From: an uncultured Planctomycetota bacterium
GTDB lineage: Bacteria; Planctomycetota; Planctomycetia; Isosphaerales; Isosphaeraceae
Assembly (NCBI GenBank): GCA_963737655.1
Contig: CAVTTN010000002.1
Span: 1,312,001 to 1,376,000, forward strand
DNA length: 64,000 nucleotides
Direction of reading: 5' to 3'
Shown here: positions 20,362 to 29,661 of the stretch, piece after piece
Position numbering within the stretch: position 1 is the first letter of the stretch
Layout of the letters: the number at the start of each line of letters is the position of its first letter
Notes under the pieces: model-generated
The model's input: only the letters and a program-made list of their open reading frames with translations
Told to the model about the DNA's origin: nothing
The model's database searches: none
Translations under genes and position numbers: made by a program

Positions 20362-22344
20362 TCAGAACGCGATGTTGGCGTTCAGGAACCCGGCGACCAG
20401 GGCCGGGACGCGGTCGGAGAAGTTGTTGTAGAGGTCCCGGAAGCCCTGGCCGGGGATCAGGGTCGAGACGCCGATGATGAACGAGACGTTGTCGCTGACC
20501 AGGGGCTTGTACTCGAAGCCGGTGGAGAGGTCCGCCCCGATGAAGCGGTTGATGTGGCCGTCGAACAGGAAGTGCTCGAGGACGTTGGTGGCGTCGAAGT
20601 AGAGCAGGTTGAAGTTGTTGAACATCTTGAGCTTGGGCGTGAGGTCCAGGTCGAACCCGAGGGTCGGCAGCAACAACCCCGGGTTGACGAAGTTCGCCTG
20701 GCCCTGGATCTTGCTGGAGCGGAGGTCCGGCACGAGGCTGAGCCTCTGCACCAGGTTCGCGCCGAACAGGGGGATCTGCTGGCGGTTCCAGAAGCTGAAC
20801 GGGCCTCCGGCGAAGTTCGGGGCGTCGAGGATCGAATCGAAGCCGGTGGCATGCGAATTGTTGATGTTATGATCGCCCGATGAGTAGAAGAACGACGCCC
20901 GGAACCGGACCCAGTCGCGATCGTACGAGGCCTCGATCGCGGCCATCTGGGCGTTGATCGTCTGCGCCTGGTTGGCCAGGGGGTTGAGGCTGTCCCGGCC
21001 GAAGGCCCAGTAGAACTGGTGGGTGAGGTTATACCGGCCGATGTGGCCGTCGCCCGCCCAGCCGAAATAGCCGACGTTGACCGAGTGGGGCTGGAACACG
21101 CCCACCGGGTCGGGCCGGACGAGGAAGCGGTTCTTGTCGTACTTGATCGACCTGGGGTCGTTGTTATACGTGAAGCTGATCTGGGCGGTATAGCCGGGGA
21201 AGATGAAGTCCTGGCGATAATAGTTCAGGAATATGAGCGTCTGCTTGCGGTCGTTGAACGTGTTCAACGCCGTGTTGGTGTCCTTCTCCCACTGGCGGAA
21301 GTAGGCGACGTTCCACTGGTCGCGGTTGCCGTTGCGGGTGCCGAAGAAGCGGACGGCCCGGTTGATGTCCGCGAAGAGGAAGCCGCGGAAGTCGGAGATG
21401 AACGGCTGGTTGCCGACCCGGACGGAGGTGAAGTCGTACTCGGTGCTGGTGTCGGCCAGCTTCATCTCGAGGAACGCCTCCTGCAAGGCCCAGAACTCCC
21501 GGGTCCGGGCGGTGCCCTGGAGGACGTTCGGGCTGACGATCCCCCGCTCGCTGAACGAGAAGTTGCTCACGCCCAGGGTCGGCGCGATCTTGATCCGCCA
21601 GTCCACCGGCTTGAACGCGCCGTCGCCGTGGAACAGGTCGAAGGACAGGGAGAAGAAGTCGAGGTTGATGATCGAGCTGTTGCGGCCGAAGAAGTTCTGC
21701 TCATTCGGGCGGGCGGTGCTCTCGAACCCGCCGGAGGCCGGCGTGGGGATCGACCTGGGCTCGATGAACAGGATGGCCGAGCCCGAGACGTCCAGGAACG
21801 TGTGCTGGCCGAGGATCGGGTAATCGCCCTTGAACACGTTCTGGTTGAACGGGTCGATCTTCCGGCCGGGGACGTAGGGGTATTCGTCGAGCAAGGGGTG
21901 GCCCTTGCCGTAGCGGTCCCACTCGGGGAAGCCCAGCCTCCAGCGGTCCTCGATCGGCACGAAGTCGTCGGAGGCCTGCCCCTCGCTCGGCATCACGCCC
22001 GAGGGCCCGGTGTAGCCGATGGGCGGGTCCATTTTCGTGCGGAAGAACGGGCCGGGCATGCGGAAGGCATTGGGCGGAGGCGGGGGCGCGGGGACCGGGG
22101 CTTCGGCGTCCAGGGGGCGGCGGAGGGCCGGGGGCCTCGGCGAGTCGTCCTCGACCGACGGGCCCGGCATCGGCCGAGGAGACGGCGAGGATGCGGGCGG
22201 GGCCGAGGGCGGGACCTCGACGATCGCCGGGGGCAAGGGCGGGGAGTCCTGGCCCCGGGACCGGGACCCGGAGGCGACCAGAAAGGCCGCCGCGGCCATC
22301 GCGGCGACCCGGCCTCGCCGGCTCGGGCTGGTAAACGGCGGCAT
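20362..22344 (-). CDS. Outer-membrane beta-barrel protein (alginate-export-like) with Pro-rich N-terminal region
   Basis: Signal peptide, Pro-rich linker, many aromatic-rich amphipathic strands (FTSVRVGNQPFISDFRGFLF; WVRFRASFFYSSGD) and a C-terminal Phe (FLNANIAF). Confidence 0.7.
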   Translation of the reverse strand: MPPFTSPSRRGRVAAMAAAAFLVASGSRSRGQDSPPLPPAIVEVPPSAPPASSPSPRPMPGPSVEDDSPRPPALRRPLDAEAPVPAPPPPPNAFRMPGPFFRTKMDPPIGYTGPSGVMPSEGQASDDFVPIEDRWRLGFPEWDRYGKGHPLLDEYPYVPGRKIDPFNQNVFKGDYPILGQHTFLDVSGSAILFIEPRSIPTPASGGFESTARPNEQNFFGRNSSIINLDFFSLSFDLFHGDGAFKPVDWRIKIAPTLGVSNFSFSERGIVSPNVLQGTARTREFWALQEAFLEMKLADTSTEYDFTSVRVGNQPFISDFRGFLFADINRAVRFFGTRNGNRDQWNVAYFRQWEKDTNTALNTFNDRKQTLIFLNYYRQDFIFPGYTAQISFTYNNDPRSIKYDKNRFLVRPDPVGVFQPHSVNVGYFGWAGDGHIGRYNLTHQFYWAFGRDSLNPLANQAQTINAQMAAIEASYDRDWVRFRASFFYSSGDHNINNSHATGFDSILDAPNFAGGPFSFWNRQQIPLFGANLVQRLSLVPDLRSSKIQGQANFVNPGLLLPTLGFDLDLTPKLKMFNNFNLLYFDATNVLEHFLFDGHINRFIGADLSTGFEYKPLVSDNVSFIIGVSTLIPGQGFRDLYNNFSDRVPALVAGFLNANIAF

Positions 22345-22647
22345 CCGAGGGGCCTCCTGGTCCCTTGAACTGGGGGGATCGGATTCGCGGATCGTCTTCG
22401 CCTCCGCGTCCTTGCCTCTGATCGGAATCCATGTGACCCATCTTCAGGAGTTATGCCGGATTTTCCGGTCCCACCTCCTGACCCTTTCGCGAGGGATGAT
22501 CCGAACCGCACGATCCCGCCGATCTCGCGGCCCCGGCCGGAATTCCGGCGAGATCGTCGCAAGTCGCCGGACCGTCTCGCCGAACACTAGGACGACGACC
22601 TCGGGCCGAGGATGGGCCCGGCCGCCCCCCAAGGAGGGACCCCGATC

Positions 22648-24793
22648 GTGGACCGATCGCGAACAAGATCCCGGGTCGGCCGCCGACCGATCGGCCCGGC
22701 CCCGTCCGTGGAAGACCTGGAAGCCCGGGCCCTGATGGCCGCGGACCCCGCCTCGGCCATCCCTCCCGTGCTCACCCAGTCCGACGTCGACACCCTCTTG
22801 CAGAGGGCCGCCCGGGCCACCGCCTCCGACGACGCCATCGTCGCCGTCGTCGATCGCGCCGGCAATATCCTGGGCGTCCGCGTCGAGGGCAACGTCTCTC
22901 CCGCCATCACCGGCAACACCCAGAATCTCGTCTTCTCGATCGACGGCGCCGTGGCCGAGGCCCGCACCGGCGCGTTCTTCGCCAGCAACCAGGCGCCGCT
23001 GACCTCCCGGACGATCCAGGACATCGCCCAGTCCACGATCACCCAGCAGGAGGTCGATTCCAACCCGGACATCTCCGACCCCAACTCCACCGCCCGGGGC
23101 CCGGCTTCGTCGCGCCGATCGGCCTGAAGGCCCACTTCCCCCCGGGCGTCCAGTACACCCCCCAGGTGGACCTCTTCGAGATCGAGGGGACCAACCGCGA
23201 CAGCATCATCAACCCCGGCCCCAACCACGTCCGCCAGGACGTCGTCCAGAACGGCCAGGTCGTCCCCGCCCCGGGCTCCGACGACGTCCTGATGCCCAGC
23301 CGGTTCAACGTCCCGACCCAGTACATCCCGGCCGGTCAAGGTATCAATGCTCCCGAATCGTATGGATTCGTCTCGGGGATGCTGCCCTCGGCGCAGTCCC
23401 GGGGCATCGGCACCCTGCCCGGCGGGATACCGCTGTTCAAGACCGTGACCGACCCGGCCACCGGCAAGCCCGTGACGGCCGAGGTCGGCGGGATCGGCGT
23501 GTTCTTCCCGGGGACGACCGGGTTCGCCTCCGCGGAGAACTCCAAGCTCAACGAGCACCCGTTCCGCGACCCGACCAAGCCCGACCGCTCCCGAGAGGCC
23601 GAGTACGTCGCCTTCGTGGCCGCCGGAGGGAGCTCCGGCGGGGGGATCTCGTTCACCGGCAAGCGAGGGGCCAGCCTCGGCCTCCCCGCCTTCACCGACG
23701 GCTCCTTCGACCTGCCTTCGGGACGGATCGACCTGGTCGGGATCACCCTGAACGTCTTCGGGGCCCACGGCCGCCAGGGGGTCAAGAACATGATCGACGC
23801 CGGGGCCGGGCTCGGCCTGGGCGACACCCTGAGCGGCACGGATGAGCCGATCGCCATCGACCAATCGGCCGTCCCCGCCTCGGCCGAGAAGGCCACCAAC
23901 TCCGGGACCCTCGGCACCGGCCAGGACGTCCCGAGCGGCTGGCTCGTGACCCCCCACGACGCCCAGGACGGCTCCGGGCTGACCGCCGCCGACGTCAACT
24001 CGATCATCGATCGCGGGATCGCCGAGGCCAACCAGATCCGCGCCGCCATCCGCCTGCCCCTGGACAGCACCGCCAAGATGGTCTTCAGCGTGACCGACAA
24101 GAGCGGCAACATCCTGGGCCTCTACCGGATGAACGACGCCACCGTGTTCTCGATCGACGTCGCCGTGGCCAAGGCCCGGAACGTGACCTACTACGCCGAC
24201 CCGGCCCAGCTCCAACCTCAAGACATGATCAGCAACTCGAACGTCCCGCCGGGCACCGCGTTCACCAATCGCGGCTTCCGCTACCTGGCCGAGCCGAGGT
24301 ATCCCGAAGGGATCGACGGCAACCCGCCGGGCCCGTTCTCGATCCTCAACGAGGACACGATCGGCATCACCGGGTCGCCGCTGCCGGCCTCGTCGTTCCA
24401 GACCGTCCAGGGGTTCGACGCCTTCAACCCGCAGACCAACTTCCACCAGCCCTGGAACCTGAACCAGAACGGGATCGTCTTCTTCCCCGGCAGCTCCCCC
24501 CTGTACAAGGACACGGGCTCGGGCAAGAAGGTGCTCGTCGGCGGCCTCGGCGTCTCGGGAGACGGCGTGGACCAGGACGACGACGTCACGTTCGAGGCCC
24601 TGACCGGCTTCAGCCCGACCGGGGCGGTCCGGAGGTCCGACCAGGTCTTCGTCCGGGCGCGCGGGTCCCCTACATCAAGTTCAACCGCCAGCCTCACGAG
24701 CCGTTCAACCAGCCCGGACAGCCCGAGAAGCCGCCGGGAGGCTCGAAAAACATCCTCCCCACGAAGCTGCCGAAGCCGAATCAGACCTCATGA
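22648..24793 (+). CDS. Secreted tandem GlcG/HbpS-like (heme-binding family) protein; two -1 frameshifts (~23100 and ~24656)
   Basis: RBS AAGGAG plus GTG; EDLEARALMA leader. Domain 1: AIVAVVDRAGNILG...PGGIPLFK...VGGIGV. Domain 2: FSVTDKSGNILGLYRM...AVAKARN...VGGLGVSGDGVDQDD. One-base corrections give ARGPGFVAPIG and VRGARVPYIKFNRQP...QTS*. Confidence 0.78.
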
Positions 24794-24816
24794 GCCGCCC
24801 CGCCCTCGAATCGACC

Positions 24817-24924
24817 CGGGTGGCATGCCCACGTCTTCGTGGGCATGTCTTCATCCGGTCTGGCTTGTTCATCCGGCATGGGTGAACCGAAGACATGCCC
24901 ACGTCTTCGTGGGCATGCCACCCG
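24817..24924. repeat. Inverted pair of palindromic REP-like units (second repeat family)
   Basis: CGGGTGGCATGCCCACG-TCTT-CGTGGGCATGTCTTC ... GAAGACATGCCCACG-TCTT-CGTGGGCATGCCACCCG. Confidence 0.75.
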
Positions 24925-24991
24925 ACGGGGCAAGGCAAGACGGACCGATCGGCCGATCCCTCCCCCTCAATCTCCATAAAAAGGCATCGCC

Positions 24992-25444
24992 ATGAATCGA
25001 TATTTCCAGAGGACGGCCCTCCCGGCCCTCCTCCTCTTGGCGACGGCCGCCCCGTCGCCGGCCGGGATCTTCTTCCCCCACAACGACTACCACCCCACGC
25101 CCGAGCCCGGCAAGCCCCGGCATTTCTGCCACACCCAGGCCCGCGCCGGCTTCCCGCAGACCCTCCGCAACCACCTGGAGCCGACCAACGCCGGAGACTC
25201 GATCGGCTACTACGTCGGCGGGGGCGGAGGCGGCCACGCCGCCGGCCCCAGGTGCCGCGAGGAAGGCACCTTTGGATGGGACTACCTCGGCGCCTGCTAC
25301 CCCCGCCGAGTGGCCCTGGGCTGGAACCAGGGGAGACGCTACCAGGGCGGGACCGGATCGTACCGGACCGACGAGCCGTTCCCCGTCCCCAACGTCTTCA
25401 CCCTCGACCTCCTCGGCGGCCTCCACCGCCGGGGCGAGGAATGA
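24992..25444 (+). CDS. Small secreted hypothetical protein
   Basis: Signal peptide (ALPALLLLATAAPSPA); Gly/aromatic-rich body (GYYVGGG, EGTFGWDYLG, YQGGTGSYRTD); GC-type codon usage. Confidence 0.7.
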   Translation: MNRYFQRTALPALLLLATAAPSPAGIFFPHNDYHPTPEPGKPRHFCHTQARAGFPQTLRNHLEPTNAGDSIGYYVGGGGGGHAAGPRCREEGTFGWDYLGACYPRRVALGWNQGRRYQGGTGSYRTDEPFPVPNVFTLDLLGGLHRRGEE

Positions 25445-25448
25445 CGGG

Positions 25449-25478
25449 TCGCCTCGCCTCGCCTCGCCTCGCCTCGCC
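25449..25478. repeat. (TCGCC)6 tandem repeat
   Basis: Six perfect pentamer copies immediately after the stop codon at 25444. Confidence 0.85.
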
Positions 25479-26087
25479 GGGTCGCATGCCCCCTCCAAAA
25501 TCAAATGTGGACATGCGACCCGGACAACCTCAAACGCACCAATCGAAACAAAACACCCCATCGACGAACTCGGGCCGCCTGGTGTTATTCTCAATTCCAT
25601 AAACTGTTTCATCCATTGATTTTCACATTTCGTTCCTAAAATCATGACCACACACAATCGCGACGAAAGTTGACGACACTTTTTCCGCCAAATCGTCGAA
25701 AAGGGCGGAAATTCGGCCATTTGGTCGCGCGCAGTCGGTCGTGCGCGCGGAGTCATGCAGGAGTTTTCCAATGTTTCATCGCACTTCCCGAAACGGATCC
25801 GAGGGAAGGACTTTCGCGATCCGCGCCGAATTTCGTCGGGGTCGCGAAATGGGTCCGATTCCTGGACACTTTGAGGGGCTCGGCGCGCCCTGGATTGACA
25901 GGGTGGTGTCAATGGCGGCGGTCCCCCTCAAAAACGAGTGATCGGCGGGTCGGGTCGGTCGCGATGATGTCCCCCGGAAACTTGTCCGGCGCGGGGCGGG
26001 ATTGCCGTCTCGCGGCCAGGGCGATACCGTGGACAGCCGCGCCGATGTTCCTCGAATTCCCCCCGACCGAATTGAATCGACCCGATC

Positions 26088-26879
26088 ATGGCCACCATCC
26101 TCGACGAGATCGTCGAATCCAAGCGTCGGGAGATCGCCTCGGCCCGGAGGCGGATGCCCCTGGACGAGCTGGAAGTCCAGGCGGCCACGGCCCCTCCGGT
26201 CCGGGACTTCCGCGCCTCGTTGGCCGGTCCGGGGCCGATCCGCCTGATCGCCGAGGTGAAGAAGGCGAGCCCGTCGGCGGGTGTCCTCCGCGAGGACTTC
26301 GACCCGGTGGCCATCGCCCGGACCTATCAGGCCCGAGGGGCCGCCTGCCTGAGCGTCCTGACCGACTCGCCGTTCTTCCAGGGACACTTGACCTACCTCG
26401 CGAGGATCCGCGCGGCCGTCGCCATCCCCTTGCTGCGTAAGGATTTCCTGATCGATGAGTATCAGGTCGTCGAGGCGAGGATGGCCGGCGCCGACGCCGT
26501 GTTGCTGATCGCCGAGATCCTGGATGACTCGCAGCTCAAGGCCCTCCTGGCCCGGGCCCGGTCGCTCGGGATGGCCGCCCTGGTCGAGTTCCACGACGCC
26601 GCGAATCTGCCGAGGGTCCTGGACGCCGGGGCCGACCTCGTGGGGATCAACAACCGCGACCTCGCCCGGTTCGTCACCGACCTCGACCACACGCTCCGGC
26701 TCCGCGACCGGATCCCCGACGGCGTCCTGCTCGTCAGCGAAAGCGGGATCAAGGACCGCGCCGACGTCGTCCGGCTCGAACAGGCCGGCGTCGATGCCAT
26801 CCTCGTCGGCGAATCCCTCATGAAGGCCCCGGATATCGGCGTGGCCGTGGCCCGGTTGCTGGGGCTTTCGGAGGAATAA
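26088..26879 (+). CDS. trpC: Indole-3-glycerol phosphate synthase
   Basis: LIAEVKKASPSAG, CLSVLTD, PLLRKDF, GADAVLLI, GINNRDL, VSESGI and LVGESLM. Confidence 0.97.
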   Translation: MATILDEIVESKRREIASARRRMPLDELEVQAATAPPVRDFRASLAGPGPIRLIAEVKKASPSAGVLREDFDPVAIARTYQARGAACLSVLTDSPFFQGHLTYLARIRAAVAIPLLRKDFLIDEYQVVEARMAGADAVLLIAEILDDSQLKALLARARSLGMAALVEFHDAANLPRVLDAGADLVGINNRDLARFVTDLDHTLRLRDRIPDGVLLVSESGIKDRADVVRLEQAGVDAILVGESLMKAPDIGVAVARLLGLSEE

Positions 26880-26890
26880 TCGGGGAAAAC

Positions 26891-29661
26891 TCAGAACCGG
26901 GACGAGAAGCGGAGGACGTGACCGCCGCCGCTCAGGACGATCAGCTCGCCGGAGGAGGCGCAGGGGAAGCAGGCGGCGACGGCGTCGAGCCGGCAGGGGG
27001 TGGAGACGAGCAATCGGAGGCGTCCCGGGGCGGCCTGGAACCAGTCGATCCGGGTATCGGCGACGGCCGCGACGATCCCGGGCCGGAGGATCGCGGCGAC
27101 CCGGTAGGTGGTGAAGCCGTCGGAGGACCCTCGGCGCGGCCCTCGGACAGGCGGGCCATGCCGTCGGTTTCCTTCAGGTCGAACGACTCCCACGAGAGCC
27201 GGCCGGCGCGGCCGATCCAGGCGAACTCGACGTGACCGGAGCGGCGGCTGGCGGAGCTCAGGCCGGGGTTTCGCAAAAGGCCCGGCTCGGCGGACGACGC
27301 CTCGACGATGGCGAGGAGCTCGGCGGAACCCTCGTCGGGCCCGGCCAGCAACGCCCATCCGCCTCCGGTATGGATCAGCCAGAGCGGCCCCGAGCCGTCG
27401 GGATGATCGATCAGGACGCCGCCGACGGTCGACGACGGCGCCGAGCGGACGGGCCCTCGGGGCGTGAGCGTGCCGACCTCCATCAGGTGGAGCGCCTGGC
27501 CGTCCCAGAGCCCGATCAGGCCGATCCCGGCGGCGTCGGGACGGATCGGCGAGAGCCACGGGGACTCCAGGCCGTCCAGCGCCGTGCCCATCGCCAGGCG
27601 GAACGGCTCGCGGGGCTTGCGAACGTAAGTGCTCAGGGCGCCAAGACCTCGGCCGCTGGCGCGGAGGACCACCAGGGTCATCCCGGCGTGGTCGCACGCC
27701 AGGGAGACCACCGGCAAGTCATACGAGGCGACCAGGGCGACCTCCGAGGTCGTCGGCCGGAACACATAAACCTCGCCGGTCTCGAACCCGACGAAGACGT
27801 CTCCCGGACCCGCCGCCGAGCACGCCGCCGAGACCACCCCGGCGCCGATCCGCAGGACCCCGGGGGGCGGCGGGACGGGATCGGAGGCCCGGGGGACGGC
27901 CTTGATCGCGAACTCGGCATCCCGGGCGACGGCCGGCGACCACGCCCGGCCCAGGAGCTCCACGATCGCCGAGACCGGCCTCGCCGGGCCGATCCCGGCC
28001 GCCTGTCGGGCCTTCAAGGCCAGGCCGAGCAACACCCGATCTCGAACCTCATCGCGGACTTCGGGCGAATCGAGCCGATCGGCGGCGAGGGCCAGCCCCT
28101 CGAAGAACCGGGGCGCGTCGGGGGCCTCGCCGGAGGGGTCGAACAGGCTCCGGCCCTCGTCGGCCAGGCGGAGGAGCTCGGCCCCCCGGCCCGAATCGGC
28201 CAGGAGCCCGGCCATCCTCAGCCCCGAGGAAACCGCGTTGGCCCCCGGCCTCGCCGCCCATCCCGCGGCGAACTGCTCCAGGGCCAGGTCGGCCCGGCCG
28301 GTCTTGGCCAGGAGGAACTCCCCGGCGGCCAGTCGGCCCGCGCCCGAGGCGATCATCCGGGCCGCGGCGGCCCGATACTCATCCAGGGCGAGCTCGTCCT
28401 CGCCCATCTTCCTCAACAGGTCGCCGGCCGCCTCGTGGTCCCCGAGGTTCCGGTAGATCTTGACGGCCCGGTCGAGTTCTCCGGCCGATTCCAGGGCGAG
28501 GGCGGCGGCCTTCGCGTCCCCCAGCTTCGAGAGGAACAGGGCGGCGGCATCCCGGTACAGGCCCCCTCGGAGCAGGGCGTGGGCGGCCATCCGGTAGTCG
28601 TGCAGGAGCTTCCCATAAATGAACGCCGCTCGGCGATGGTCGCCCCGCTTCAGCGCCGCCTCGGCGGCCCGGTGATATTCCCGGGCGAGCTCGGCCAGGA
28701 CGTCCCGGCCGCCCACCCAGACCCGAGCCGGCCCCCGGCTGGACCGGCCGAGGAGGTCATCCAGGCGATAGGACAGGTCGTGGGTCGGCAGGCGGTCGCC
28801 CGGGTCGGGCCGTCCTCCTCGGGGGCCTCCCGGATCGCCCAGGGGGAGGGCGTGGCGGAGGGCCTTCTCGGGGTCTCCGCCCCGGAACTCGTCCAGGAGT
28901 GCCCGGAGGGCCGCCGATTGCCGGCCCAGGACGTTCTCTCCGAGGCGGGGGGCCAGGTCCAGCCCCTTTCGGACCAGGCGGGCCCCGGCCCCGGCCAGCC
29001 CCTTCAAGCCCAGCCCTTCGCCCATCTTCATGAGCCACTGGCCCAGCCCCAGGGCCGCCCGGCCGGCCATCGTCGGCCCCAGTCCGGTCGGGGCCGGCCG
29101 GGGATCGGCGGAACCGATGTCCTCGTTGCCCGGCCCGAGGATCGCATCCTCCACCGGCGTCTCGTCTTCGGGCGAGTCTCCGCCGGGGTCGCCGGGCATC
29201 TCGACCAGGATTTCCTCGATCCGGTCGGCCAATCGGGGGGGGTTGGGCAAGGGGGACCAGTCGCGCCAGGGGCGGCGGAGGGCCGTCAGCAGGGCCGAGG
29301 CGTCGATCGGCGACCGGCGGTCGAACCCGAGGACGCGGCCCTCGGGCAGGAACACGAGGCCGCGCTCCCGGGTCAGCCCTTCGGCCTCGTCGTCCAGGAG
29401 GCCCGGGACGAGCTCGGCATCGACGGGCAACCACAGGCCCGGGGCCATCTTGCGGAGCCGGACCGCGCCGGGGAACGCCTCCCGAGTCGGGCCGTCGAGC
29501 GTCACGAGGAGGCCGTCGGCCACGGGGAAGACCCGGCCCGAGGGGTCGAGGTCCAGCCGGCCGCACGCCTCCAGGGCGCCCCGGATGTCGCCGGAGGGCA
29601 GGAGCAAGGCGGAAGTCGGGTGGTCCTTTGGCCTTCGGACGAGGCGGAACGGCACCTTCAT
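26891..29661 (-). CDS. MoxR-vWA-beta-propeller ternary system protein (bpX3-like N-terminus, TPR-like middle, beta-propeller C-terminus); -1 frameshift at ~27128-27130
   Basis: LWLPVDAELVPGL; DPEKALRHALPL; YHRAAEAALKRGDHRRAAFIYGKLL; beta-rich C-terminus. ATGA overlap with the upstream gene. Frames join at ...GRAEG/SSDGFTTY... Confidence 0.7.

Noticed and set aside
25495..25790. Replication origin
   Set aside because: It is AT-rich, but I saw no clustered DnaA boxes (TTATCCACA-like) and there are no replication genes nearby.
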